IMG/VR virus record: IMGVR_UViG_3300034013_000676
Coordinates: 13,889 to 77,888 of that record
Reading direction: 5' to 3' (one strand)
Source of the DNA: a virus
Length of the DNA stretch: 64,000 bases
In this document: positions 1-9,637 of the stretch, one piece after another
Layout: each line of letters starts with the position of its first letter
How positions within the stretch are numbered: position 1 is the stretch's first letter
Made by a program: the position numbers and the translations under genes
Notes under the pieces: model-generated
What the model was told of the DNA's origin: nothing
The model's database searches: none
The model's input: the letters and a program-made list of their open reading frames with translations, nothing else

Positions 1-107
1 TATTCTTGGATGCCGCTATTATCTTGGATAAGGATTTAGCTTTTGCTTCAAACGGTTTCCCAGACTACATGGAAGTGGACAGCATGCTGGATGTGGTGAT
101 AAACTAA
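1..107 (+). CDS. 3' end of a gene, probably the major capsid protein (partial)
   Basis: Open frame from nt 3 (FLDAAIILDKDLAFASNGFPDYMEVDSMLDVVIN*), followed by a strong terminator and head-completion genes; identity inferred from synteny. Confidence 0.5.
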   Translation, partial: FLDAAIILDKDLAFASNGFPDYMEVDSMLDVVIN

Positions 108-131
108 TATCATCTTTAATTCATAAATACC

Positions 132-172
132 TAAGAAGCCTAAGTCAGTATACCTTAGGCTTCTTATTGTTT
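132..172 (+). terminator. Intrinsic terminator
   Basis: 13-bp stem TAAGAAGCCTAAG/CTTAGGCTTCTTA followed by TTGTTT. Confidence 0.8.
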
Positions 173-178
173 CAAAGT

Positions 179-187
179 GTACTATAA
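179..187 (+). promoter_or_regulatory. RTACTATW motif, putative phage middle/late promoter
   Basis: Same motif recurs in 7 intergenic gaps shortly upstream of start codons. Confidence 0.45.
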
Positions 188-213
188 AATTAAATAACTA
201 AAAATTCATAAAA

Positions 214-612
214 ATGGCAAATCCAAAGAAGTTTGTAAAATTAGGAGAATCGGCTAACAGTTTCTATGATGCCTCAACTGGCCTTAAATTAACTGTAAAT
301 CAATCAAAGGAACTTAGCACTGCACAAGCTGCTTCAAAAAGAGTTAAGTCAGCCCTTAAGCATGGTCACTTAGAATATGCAGAAGAAGGAGAATTTGATA
401 ACGTCGAAGATATCGATGTAGATGCTGAAGATGTAGATGCTGAGTATACTGAGGAAATCCTTAAGGGGAAAAACAAAGCGGCCTTAGTAGCAATATTGGA
501 AACAATCCAAAAAGCTGAAGAGGAAGAAGACAGATTAACCGAAGCTGAAATGACAAAAATGTCTAAGCAAGAACTTATCGATGCAATCCTTGAGTCTTAC
601 GAAGCTGAGTAA
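214..612 (+). CDS. Acidic protein with C-terminal Rho-N/HeH-like helical repeats
   Basis: KNKAALVAIL and MSKQELIDAIL repeats; such genes are common right after capsid genes. Confidence 0.55.
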   Translation: MANPKKFVKLGESANSFYDASTGLKLTVNQSKELSTAQAASKRVKSALKHGHLEYAEEGEFDNVEDIDVDAEDVDAEYTEEILKGKNKAALVAILETIQKAEEEEDRLTEAEMTKMSKQELIDAILESYEAE

Positions 613-634
613 TTAAAGATTAAAAATTAGAGTT

Positions 635-1504
635 ATGCCATTACCAATAGTTAATTTCGGATATACAGCACAGGGACTAAGCATTAGCTTTGTGAACCTA
701 ACCATAGACCAAGAACCGGAAGCCATATATAATTGGTCATTTGGTGATGGTACAACTTCTAATGAACAGAACATAGTCCATACCTATGAATCATTTGGTA
801 TATATAATGTATCACTATCAGTAACTAACACCGGGGAACCACCTGTAACACAAACACTTTTATTACACGTAGACCCAATATTAGATAGTAATATATTATT
901 CGATATAATCAAATTGGTTGACACCCATATACCACCGGGTTTAGAACCCGAACTAACAGTTCTAACTAGGAGGGATTTTCAAATAGTTAAGTGGCAACAT
1001 TACTTACAACCATTAGTATATGAACCATTTGAAGTATTAGTTGAAAATACCTATAAGGCAAGCCACTGGCCTCCCCTAGTAAATGTATTATTAGCTAAGT
1101 TAGTTGTTATGGATATTTTAGAAATGAATGCCACTGACTTCTTAATGGGAACACTTAACGGAAAGGGTTCATCAGGAAGTGGTTCTAATACTTCCACCAC
1201 TGGGGGAATTAAAAGTATAGAAACTGGCCCTACTAAAATTGAAAGATATGAAAATAAAGATGCTTCATCTTTCTCAGAAGCAAACTCCAATCTAAGTAAA
1301 AGTGTAAACAATCTACTTAGACCAGGGGGATTAATAGACCAGATGAGAGCTGGAATTTGCCAGGATGCAGATAGAGTAAGAGTATACCTTCCCATGTGTG
1401 GTCCATTACCTGGAATTACAACAAACCCAATAGTTTCTAGAACACCGGGTTCTGGAAGTAGTCATAACGCAAATCCTTTTGGGATTACTAAAAGAATGTT
1501 ATAA
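635..1504 (+). CDS. PKD (Ig-like) domain protein, putative head-tail adaptor
   Basis: YNWSFGDGTTSNEQNIVHTYESFGIYNVSLSVTN PKD motif; IKSIETGPTKIE adaptor-like C-terminal part; synteny. Confidence 0.65.
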   Translation: MPLPIVNFGYTAQGLSISFVNLTIDQEPEAIYNWSFGDGTTSNEQNIVHTYESFGIYNVSLSVTNTGEPPVTQTLLLHVDPILDSNILFDIIKLVDTHIPPGLEPELTVLTRRDFQIVKWQHYLQPLVYEPFEVLVENTYKASHWPPLVNVLLAKLVVMDILEMNATDFLMGTLNGKGSSGSGSNTSTTGGIKSIETGPTKIERYENKDASSFSEANSNLSKSVNNLLRPGGLIDQMRAGICQDADRVRVYLPMCGPLPGITTNPIVSRTPGSGSSHNANPFGITKRML

Positions 1505-1965
1505 TGGGATTTATTACCGATCAAGAATGGGCTCAATACGCAGCGGAATTAAATGACTTCCATAACGATGCTTTTCAACAAAGCATTATATGGCATAGAA
1601 GTTTATTACGTATAAGTAAGGATGGCGAAGATGATAACCCAAGTACATTACAACCTATAACTTTAAAATGCCTTATACAATATAATGATTTTAGATCATG
1701 GCCAATAACCAAGGATACTATCACTGGTGGATTAGATGCGGAGTCTATGTTAGTATTCTTAAACCTATCATACTTAGGTTCACTAGGTTATCTTAATGAG
1801 TTCGGACAATTTGAATATCAACCCGACCTAGATAAATTTGAAGTAAATGGTTTAATATACGTTGATAAGGGAAATTCTCAAACAGCCCAGGCTAAGGACC
1901 AACCCTTATTACATTTCTTAGTATTAAAACGAGAAGAACTAGAAACTTCTGAATCTGCTTATTAG
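1504..1965 (+). CDS. Putative head-closure protein
   Basis: Size, beta-rich C-terminus and position. Confidence 0.45.
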   Translation: MGFITDQEWAQYAAELNDFHNDAFQQSIIWHRSLLRISKDGEDDNPSTLQPITLKCLIQYNDFRSWPITKDTITGGLDAESMLVFLNLSYLGSLGYLNEFGQFEYQPDLDKFEVNGLIYVDKGNSQTAQAKDQPLLHFLVLKREELETSESAY

Positions 1966-2534
1966 TGGCAACTCAAAATATAAACGTAGGTAAAGGATTA
2001 AATCCTGAAATAGAACTATTTGGTGATTGGAATAAAGCATTAAGAATGTTTGACCAATTACCAGTAGCTGTGAATACGGGTTATGAGTTAGGAAGCGTAA
2101 GAGTTGCAAATGATATTAGGAGAATAGTAAGAAAGAATATAAAAAGTAATGGACCCCCAGGGGTTCATTGGCCAGCTTTATCATTAGCTTACCAACAGTT
2201 TAAAAAGAGAAAAGGAGGTGATACTAATAAGATGTGGAACTTTAAAGGTACTTATTATAAGAACATTAAAGTGATACATAAAAAAGGGGCTATATATGTA
2301 GGAGTACCGGCTTACAAAAGAGGGACAGTACATAAAAGCAAAAACCTAACCTTAGGACAGATAGCTAATATACTCGAAAGAGGTTCAGCAGAGTCGGGTA
2401 TTAGAGCTAGGCCTTTATGGAAACCCTCATTTAAAGAATTCGGAGGTAAACCTAAAACTCAGAAAGTAATAGTAAGAGCTATTAGAGATCACGTATTTTT
2501 ACTAACAGGTGTAAGACCTAGAATAACTTTTTAA
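1965..2534 (+). CDS. Neck/virion morphogenesis protein (HK97 gp10-like)
   Basis: WPALS...IANILERGS...IRARPLWKPSF motifs. Confidence 0.65.
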   Translation: MATQNINVGKGLNPEIELFGDWNKALRMFDQLPVAVNTGYELGSVRVANDIRRIVRKNIKSNGPPGVHWPALSLAYQQFKKRKGGDTNKMWNFKGTYYKNIKVIHKKGAIYVGVPAYKRGTVHKSKNLTLGQIANILERGSAESGIRARPLWKPSFKEFGGKPKTQKVIVRAIRDHVFLLTGVRPRITF

Positions 2535-2535
2535 T

Positions 2536-3207
2536 ATGTTAGCAGAAGAATTAATCCAATTAACAATATACCACTCTATAAGAGAGAAACTAGTAACTGA
2601 TGGGTGGTTACCAGATATCCTTAATTATGATGTTGAGAACCCGGATATAGCTACAGCACAATTAGCAATAAAGGCTTACACAGATGCTATGAAAGCTATA
2701 AACCTTGAAAAGGGTTTTTGTATAGAGGTATTCCCTTTTTCATCAAGTGAAGCAAAGGGATTTAAGAAAGTACCCCGTATAGTTATAGACATCTTACAAT
2801 TCCTCCCCGGATTTATTGGTAATGATACTCAAATGACTTACGAGAGACAAGGGGAGTATTTCGTAAGGGTACAAAGTGAATCTTTATTATCAGACCTTGA
2901 TTTCAATGTTTATATAGTTGGTAATACAGCTAAACAAATAAGAGTGATGAATGATATAATTTCAAAGGTCCTACCTAAAAGGGGTTATATTAAAAGACAT
3001 AATTCTGATTTCCTTACCAGTGGTAATTTATTCATTAAGTTAAATGATGCACAGAAAAGTGAAAATTTACCTGAGGGAATAATGGAAAGGGTTTTTAGAT
3101 ATGAGTTACCTGAAGTTCAGGACTTACCCGATACAATCTTAGCCGGATTAATATTACCAATAAAAGAATTTAACTTAGAGGTAAAAACAGATTCCCCTTT
3201 AAACTAA
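2536..3207 (+). CDS. Putative tail terminator/completion protein
   Basis: Lies between the neck gene and the sheath gene. Confidence 0.5.
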   Translation: MLAEELIQLTIYHSIREKLVTDGWLPDILNYDVENPDIATAQLAIKAYTDAMKAINLEKGFCIEVFPFSSSEAKGFKKVPRIVIDILQFLPGFIGNDTQMTYERQGEYFVRVQSESLLSDLDFNVYIVGNTAKQIRVMNDIISKVLPKRGYIKRHNSDFLTSGNLFIKLNDAQKSENLPEGIMERVFRYELPEVQDLPDTILAGLILPIKEFNLEVKTDSPLN

Positions 3208-3263
3208 AAATAACAAGCTCATATCATATAACTATAAATTAATCAATTAAATAAAAGAAAGAC

Positions 3264-4838
3264 ATGGATACACCAACAGTAAACTTTAATGTGATAAACC
3301 AAACTACCGCTGTTAGTAGACCGGTTGAAGGAGTAAGCTTCTTCCTAGGAACCTCTATCAGGGGCCCGTTTAATAAACCAAGTGAGATACTTTCTTCGTG
3401 GGCATCCTTCGTTAGGATCTATGGAGGTTTACAAGGAGGAAATCCTGCCTTTAATCTTAAAAGATATTTTGACAAAGGTGGTAAGGCTAGATTCGCTAGA
3501 TTAGGACATTACACTGATATCTCAGATGCCTCTACCTTAGTTCCTATCAAAGCTCAACCCGACACTCAAATAGCAACAGCAGGTGAAGAGGAGGAACCTT
3601 TTTTATTATCAATTAAAAATCCAGGCACAGATGGTAATAATATCGTGGTTGAGATTTTAGAACCAACCAATGGACAAATAGGTTTCTTTGATTTAAATAT
3701 CAAACATGAGACTGACACATTCCTTTCAGAAATGTTTCCTAACATTTCTATTCCCTCTGGTTCAACTATTGAGAACTCCAATTACTTAAAGAAAGTGATT
3801 GAGTCATCAAACCTAGTTAATGTAGAGTATAAAACTATAACTGAGGAGGGTATTATTACACCTTTAGGGAATATTGTACCTATAACCACTTCAGTCGAAG
3901 TATCTTACACAGGTGGTACTGATGCTGCTATAACTGATACTGACATTATAGGGGACTCAAGTAGTAGAACAGGTTTTTATGCCTTTGATGAAGTGGAGGA
4001 CAGTTATCAAATTATGGTTCTAACAGATAATGTAAGTGCCGCAGTCCATACAGCCGGACATGCCTATGCTGCTAATCGACAGGACTTACAATATTGGGCT
4101 GCTCCAAACCCCAAACTAGTTAAAACTAAAGCTGAGCTTATAGCTTTTAGAGAAGCTACGGGTATGACCACAAAATTTGGGGCAATATTCGGTGGAGGTT
4201 TAACTGTATTAAATCCCGTTAATAGTCAAATTGTTGAAACACCGGGGTTAGCTGACATAGCTGCCTTAGCTGTTAATTCAGAAGTAGCATTCGGACCTTG
4301 GTTTTCATTCTCGGGTAATACTAGGGGATTAATAACTAATGCCTTGGGTGTAACCAATAATTTCGGAACAACCGGAAGTAAAGGGGACCTAAATGAATTG
4401 GCTAATCGCCAGGTAAACATGATTATCAACAGGGATCAACAGATTAAACTATGGGGAGGATTCTCTACTCAAATCAAAAGTGATTCTGAATCCTTCATCA
4501 GTATAGTTAAGTTGGTAATGTTTATCAAGAAAGCATTAAGACCAACCCTAGAAAACTTCTTAGAAGAACCTACAGATATCCCAACATTCTTCAGAATGTA
4601 TCACGTAGTAAAACCCTTTTTTGAAGAATTGGTAAACAGGAGAGCAATAGTTAGTTGGGATTGGAGGGGGGATCAATTCTCTTCATCACCAGCAGACTTT
4701 CAAATCAATAAAGCAATAGATGTTGCTTTAGGTAAATACAAGGTACAATTGGTTATAGTACCAATCGTGGGTATGCAAGAGATTACTATATCTATGTACT
4801 TGACTGCTGATGGGGAACTATTATTTGATGGTAATTAA
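3264..4838 (+). CDS. Contractile tail sheath protein
   Basis: GTSIRGPFNKP...SWASFVRIYG N-terminus; FGPWFSFSG, VNMII, LWG sheath motifs. Confidence 0.92.
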   Translation: MDTPTVNFNVINQTTAVSRPVEGVSFFLGTSIRGPFNKPSEILSSWASFVRIYGGLQGGNPAFNLKRYFDKGGKARFARLGHYTDISDASTLVPIKAQPDTQIATAGEEEEPFLLSIKNPGTDGNNIVVEILEPTNGQIGFFDLNIKHETDTFLSEMFPNISIPSGSTIENSNYLKKVIESSNLVNVEYKTITEEGIITPLGNIVPITTSVEVSYTGGTDAAITDTDIIGDSSSRTGFYAFDEVEDSYQIMVLTDNVSAAVHTAGHAYAANRQDLQYWAAPNPKLVKTKAELIAFREATGMTTKFGAIFGGGLTVLNPVNSQIVETPGLADIAALAVNSEVAFGPWFSFSGNTRGLITNALGVTNNFGTTGSKGDLNELANRQVNMIINRDQQIKLWGGFSTQIKSDSESFISIVKLVMFIKKALRPTLENFLEEPTDIPTFFRMYHVVKPFFEELVNRRAIVSWDWRGDQFSSSPADFQINKAIDVALGKYKVQLVIVPIVGMQEITISMYLTADGELLFDGN

Positions 4839-4870
4839 TAAATAACACAATCTAAAAAAACAATAAAGAG

Positions 4871-5332
4871 ATGGCAAAAATAGCAAACCCTAGGAAACAG
4901 TTTAACTTTAGTATTCAATTTGTTTCCCTACCGATTAACCCTTTCCTGGTTCAAAAGGTAACAATCCCAGAAATAACTATTACCCAAGTAAAACATGGTG
5001 ATACCAATCATGATATTAAAACTGGTGGTAGAGTTGAATATGGGGATATAGAAATAGAAAAACTTATGACCACATCTGGTGCTGATAACTATTTCTACGA
5101 TTGGGCTTCAACAGTAGCTGACAGTTTAATTGGTGGAGGTTTAGTACCACAACAGTATTGGAGAAATCTATTAATTACCGAATTGGCTGAAGATGGTACC
5201 TCTATCCTTAATACTTGGTTAGCCCGAGAATGTTGGCCAACTAAAATAAACGGGCAGGAACTTAACCGTATGAGCTCTGAGAACTCTATTGAAAAGATTA
5301 CTTTATCAACTAACGGAGTAGAAAAACTATAA
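4871..5332 (+). CDS. Tail tube protein (T4 gp19-like)
   Basis: KTGGRVEYGDIEIEK, WRNLLITE, CWPTK, SENSIEKITL; follows the sheath. Confidence 0.88.
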   Translation: MAKIANPRKQFNFSIQFVSLPINPFLVQKVTIPEITITQVKHGDTNHDIKTGGRVEYGDIEIEKLMTTSGADNYFYDWASTVADSLIGGGLVPQQYWRNLLITELAEDGTSILNTWLARECWPTKINGQELNRMSSENSIEKITLSTNGVEKL

Positions 5333-5363
5333 CCACAGTTCTTTGACATACTAGAATTAAAAC

Positions 5364-5393
5364 AAAAGGGGCCTGCAAGTCCCTTTTTTCTTT
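5364..5393 (+). terminator. Intrinsic terminator
   Basis: AAAAGGGGC-CTGCAA-GTCCCTTTTTT. Confidence 0.75.
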
Positions 5394-5420
5394 GTATATA
5401 AATTTTAAATTCCTATAAAC

Positions 5421-6260
5421 ATGTTACAACAAAATGAAACTAACCCAAAGAATATTATTTGGGGAGCAACTAAAGTCATAACTCTACCCTCCGGTAAGGT
5501 GGTTGAGATTAGAGAACAAAACGGAAATGATGATGATATTTTATCAAATCCCAATGATGCTAACACCGGTGCTAATATTTCTAAGTTTATAGCAGCAATC
5601 GTGGTAAGAGCATTCTGGAAACCCGAAAATAATTGTAGACTATCTCAACAAGAGGCCAGAGAACTCTTACTAAGAGATAGGTTCTGTATTATCTTTCACA
5701 GTCGTATCCTATCTATCGGAGAAACAATGAAGTTTACATTTGATTGGGGAGAAGACCCGGTTAAAGGCGGTAAATTTGATTATGAAGAGGACTTAAACAG
5801 ATACATCTGGGACTATGACCAACCCTTCCCAACTGAATATATAAAGGACAGTAATGATGAACTGGTTAAAAACCCGGATTATGATGTTCAAAGGATTGCT
5901 CCTTATCCGGTTGACTCCTATGAGTGGCAGGAAATAAACCTACAAACTGGTAGAAAGGTTAGATTCAAACTATTCAATGGTGAGTCTCAGGAGTATATGT
6001 TAAAGTTACCAGATGAGGCTATGACCAAAAACACTGAGTTAAAAGCTAGGAGCCTTCAATTCGATAATAATGGTGAATGGTTAAAAGCCGAAAACTTTTC
6101 AATGTTTACTTCTCGGGAAATGTCTGAGATAAGAACTATGGTAAACTTGGTTGATGCTAGTTACAATCCAACAACTGAGATTGAAAACCCCAATACAAAA
6201 GAGAAAATGAATTACCCTATTATGTATGGTAAGGATTTTTTCTATCAAGAGGGAATTTAG
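5421..6260 (+). CDS. Tail assembly chaperone
   Basis: Between tube and tape measure; ends at the slippery ...KDFF sequence. Confidence 0.7.
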   Translation: MLQQNETNPKNIIWGATKVITLPSGKVVEIREQNGNDDDILSNPNDANTGANISKFIAAIVVRAFWKPENNCRLSQQEARELLLRDRFCIIFHSRILSIGETMKFTFDWGEDPVKGGKFDYEEDLNRYIWDYDQPFPTEYIKDSNDELVKNPDYDVQRIAPYPVDSYEWQEINLQTGRKVRFKLFNGESQEYMLKLPDEAMTKNTELKARSLQFDNNGEWLKAENFSMFTSREMSEIRTMVNLVDASYNPTTEIENPNTKEKMNYPIMYGKDFFYQEGI

Positions 6261-6394
6261 AGGCCCAGTTTCTCTTTTTCTCTCGGAATGATTTAAGGTT
6301 AAGTTGGGAAGAATTTATGAATATGCCTTTCTCTAGGGCACAGAAATTTGAAAACCTTATAATCGAATTTAATAATAAAATCCAAAACACTTAA
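6236..6394 (+). other. Putative -1 programmed frameshift (T TTT TTC, 6236-6242) and 50-codon chaperone extension
   Basis: The -1 frame is open from the heptamer to TAA at 6392-6394 (LSRGNLEAQFLFFSRNDLRLSWEEFMNMPFSRAQKFENLIIEFNNKIQNT) and fills the gap before the TMP. Confidence 0.75.
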
Positions 6395-6400
6395 AACCTT

Positions 6401-8485
6401 ATGACTGCAGGTTCAAATCAATTGGCCATTGGGGTATCCTTATTAATGAGGGATGGATTTACGAGTCAAGCAATGCAAGCTCGTAATGCAATGAATGCCT
6501 TACATTCCTCCGGTGATAGATTAGCAAGGCAACAGGCTGTATTAGCAAGGAATTCTAATGCAGCCGGTGCTGCGATTGGGGTAGGCTTAATTACAGGCAT
6601 GGCTAATATGTACAAGCAAAGTGCTGAGTTCGGCTATGTAATGAAATACGTTTCCTTAAACTCTGATGCAACTGGTAAATCATTTGGTAGGTTATCTGAT
6701 AAAGCCCTAGAAGTTGGTAAGAGAACAATGTTTACTTCTATTGAGATAGCCAATGGTATGAAGTACTTAGCTCAAGCGGGTCTAAGTGCAGACCAAATTA
6801 CCAGTACAATTGATTCTGCTGCTAACTTGGCACAAGCCACTATGAGTGACCTTCCAATGGCTGCTGACTTAATGAACCGTATGGCTTCTGCTTTCAACAT
6901 ACCCAAGGACATGGCTAACATGGCAAGGATTGGAGATGTAATTGGAGCAGCAGCAAATAAATCCGAAACCAACCTAGATGATATGGGTGAGGCTATGAAG
7001 TACTCACAATTAACAGCAGCTCGTTTAGGTATGACGTTGGAAGAGACAGCAGCATCCCTTATGGTGCTAGCTGGGGTAGGTGCTAGAGGCTCAATGGGAG
7101 GTACCGCATTTGAAAATATGACCCGAGAATTATCTAAAGCTGGGGGGGGCGGTTCTAATAAAAAGAATAAAGCATTGGCTCTATTAGGAATGACCACAGG
7201 AGATATTAGGGATGCTAATGGTAACCTAGTACCTTTCACAAATATCCTAGCTAAGATTGGTGCGGGTCTAAAAGGTATGGGTAGGGTAGATGCACAAAAT
7301 GCTTTATCTGATTTACTTAACGTAAGAGCAGCAAGGGCTTCTAGTTTAGCCACAGAATTACCTAAGTATATTGGTTACCTTGAACAACTTAACAACAGTA
7401 AGGGTTTCACTGGGAATATGGCCAAAGATATGATGGACACAGATCAAGGTAGGATTGATATTATGATGTCAAACTGGGAAGCACTTAAAATCCAGATGGG
7501 TGGTATATTTGCCACGGTCTTTACTCCGATAGTTAGAGTACTAACAAAGATAACAGATGTAATGTCTTCTTTATTTAGTACTAAACTAGGTAAAGCTATG
7601 GGAGCAATGATAGCTGGATTTATTATGATTAAGACAGTTACTATGGGTTACCGAGCGGTAGTCCTTAGTTTAGCTTTACTACAAAGTGGGATGGGTACAA
7701 GCATGGCTAGTACAGGAGCATCCACTATTTCATGGTATGGCCGAATGACTACAGCAGCAAGAAGTTATGGGGCTGCAACTGCCTCTGCTTATGCTATGGG
7801 AGCATCATCCATGTTCTACCCAATGGGATCATCTTCAAGGCTTACAGCTGGAATGAAACCTGATATGAGGTATGCTGCTAACAGACAACAAATGTTTAAC
7901 CCTTATGTACCGGGTATGGCTGGAGTTGCAATGGCTGGAAGTGCATTTAGCAGAACTAGTAATTTTCTGGGTAAAGCATCACCTTGGGCAATGATTGGAG
8001 GTATGGGACTATCAGCATTAGGAAATGAGATGGGACCAGATTCTACAGCTGGTAAAGGTTTAAGTATAGCTGGTAATGCCTTAGGTATGGCGGGAACTGG
8101 TGCTATGATTGGTTCTATGGTGGGTCCACTCGGTACAACTATAGGGGCTGTAGTTGGGGGAGTAGGTTCGTTACTATATTCATTATATGACTCGATGAAA
8201 GAAGTTGAGGGTGAAGTTGAGAAAGGCAAAGACACTGTGGCATTTAATGAAGCTAAATGGAGAAAACAAGCTGAGATATATACCAAGATGAATTGGAAGG
8301 ATAAAGCCTACAATGATTACCTTACAAATAATAGTGGTAGTGTTATGAAGCATGCTGGCGGGGGATTACCGGAAAGAAATGAAATGTCAAGTACAACTGT
8401 AATACTTCAAATGGATGGAGTAGAGAAACTTAGAAAAACAACAACTGACCTATATGTTAAAGAATTAATAAACTTAGGATACTAA
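6401..8485 (+). CDS. Tail tape measure protein (TP901-like core)
   Basis: Ala/Gly-rich; FTSIEIANGMKYLAQAG, AANKSETNLDDMGEAMKY, GARGSMGGT; hydrophobic segments. Confidence 0.92.
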   Translation: MTAGSNQLAIGVSLLMRDGFTSQAMQARNAMNALHSSGDRLARQQAVLARNSNAAGAAIGVGLITGMANMYKQSAEFGYVMKYVSLNSDATGKSFGRLSDKALEVGKRTMFTSIEIANGMKYLAQAGLSADQITSTIDSAANLAQATMSDLPMAADLMNRMASAFNIPKDMANMARIGDVIGAAANKSETNLDDMGEAMKYSQLTAARLGMTLEETAASLMVLAGVGARGSMGGTAFENMTRELSKAGGGGSNKKNKALALLGMTTGDIRDANGNLVPFTNILAKIGAGLKGMGRVDAQNALSDLLNVRAARASSLATELPKYIGYLEQLNNSKGFTGNMAKDMMDTDQGRIDIMMSNWEALKIQMGGIFATVFTPIVRVLTKITDVMSSLFSTKLGKAMGAMIAGFIMIKTVTMGYRAVVLSLALLQSGMGTSMASTGASTISWYGRMTTAARSYGAATASAYAMGASSMFYPMGSSSRLTAGMKPDMRYAANRQQMFNPYVPGMAGVAMAGSAFSRTSNFLGKASPWAMIGGMGLSALGNEMGPDSTAGKGLSIAGNALGMAGTGAMIGSMVGPLGTTIGAVVGGVGSLLYSLYDSMKEVEGEVEKGKDTVAFNEAKWRKQAEIYTKMNWKDKAYNDYLTNNSGSVMKHAGGGLPERNEMSSTTVILQMDGVEKLRKTTTDLYVKELINLGY

Positions 8486-9351
8486 TGGCAAAGATTGTAC
8501 CAACAGATATATTAGAGAAAGCCTTAAAGGCTGCTCAACCGGGACAGACTGCTCAGGACATAATATTCTTTGCAGGTAAAGCCCTTAGGTTAAAAATACT
8601 TTATGACCGAGAATTTAGGGGTTTTAATAAAGCAGATGTAAATGGTCCTAAGGATGGATTTGAAACATCCGGTATGCCCCAATTAGAACTGGGTAAAAAA
8701 CAAAGAGAAAACCTTAATATACTAGGAAAAAAAGGTAGAACACAACTACAAAGTAACCCTAAAGAAGAATATACATTTGAAAAACCAAAACAAGCATCAC
8801 CAAATAAAATTCAAAGAGATTATATAACCATAGTTGATATGGATTTTAGAGATGATGATTTAGCTAAGAGGGGTTACAAAAAATTGGTGATACCCTTTGT
8901 ACCCCGTGATATAAGTTATGAACCCCAATCTAAGTTTGTAGGAATTGCCACGATGGGAAGAAATAACCCTTTTTATCAATTCACGGGGTCAGAGGACACC
9001 ATTAAATTCGAAATTGATTGGTATGCCTTAAAAGAAGAAGATAAGGACCGTAAGGTAGTTATTAATTCATGTAGGTGGGTAGAAGCCCTAAGCAAGGCAG
9101 ATGGTTATACGGGAGCCCCCCACAGAGTATCATTAATGTGGAGCCAGGAGAACCTATTATTCAAAGATGACTTATGGATTGTAGTAGATGCCCCTTATGT
9201 GTTAACTCAATTTGTAGATAGTTATCGAGAAAAAAGTATTATAACAAAAGTGGGATTATTACCACAACAGGCTATTCAAACTATAACCTTGAAAAGGGTA
9301 ACTAGTAGCAACAGAACTTCAGAAGAAATTATAGGAAAATTAAGAAAATAA
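8485..9351 (+). CDS. Tail tube initiator / baseplate protein
   Basis: GRNNPFYQFTGSEDTIKFEIDW motif; after TMP and before LysM. Confidence 0.6.
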   Translation: MAKIVPTDILEKALKAAQPGQTAQDIIFFAGKALRLKILYDREFRGFNKADVNGPKDGFETSGMPQLELGKKQRENLNILGKKGRTQLQSNPKEEYTFEKPKQASPNKIQRDYITIVDMDFRDDDLAKRGYKKLVIPFVPRDISYEPQSKFVGIATMGRNNPFYQFTGSEDTIKFEIDWYALKEEDKDRKVVINSCRWVEALSKADGYTGAPHRVSLMWSQENLLFKDDLWIVVDAPYVLTQFVDSYREKSIITKVGLLPQQAIQTITLKRVTSSNRTSEEIIGKLRK

Positions 9352-9355
9352 AATT

Positions 9356-9637
9356 ATGAACCCAACAGATAACCTATACTACAATGGTGTTATAGTAGAA
9401 TATAAAGAAGGTGATAAATCATTAGAAAGGTTTATCACACCTTTAGTGTTTGACCTTTACGATAAAAATTACACTATAAAACAAGGGGACACATTACCTA
9501 AGTTAGCCGATTATTTTTATGATAGTAGTAGGTTATGGTGGGTTATAGCAGATAACAACCAGGATATAATAACTAATATATTTGAGCTAGAGGTGGGTAA
9601 ACAAATCATAATTCCTAATTACAAAAAATTACAATAA
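9356..9637 (+). CDS. LysM-domain baseplate protein (gp53/gpX-like)
   Basis: YTIKQGDTLPKLADYFYDSSRLWWVIADNN...LEVGKQIIIP. Confidence 0.88.
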   Translation: MNPTDNLYYNGVIVEYKEGDKSLERFITPLVFDLYDKNYTIKQGDTLPKLADYFYDSSRLWWVIADNNQDIITNIFELEVGKQIIIPNYKKLQ

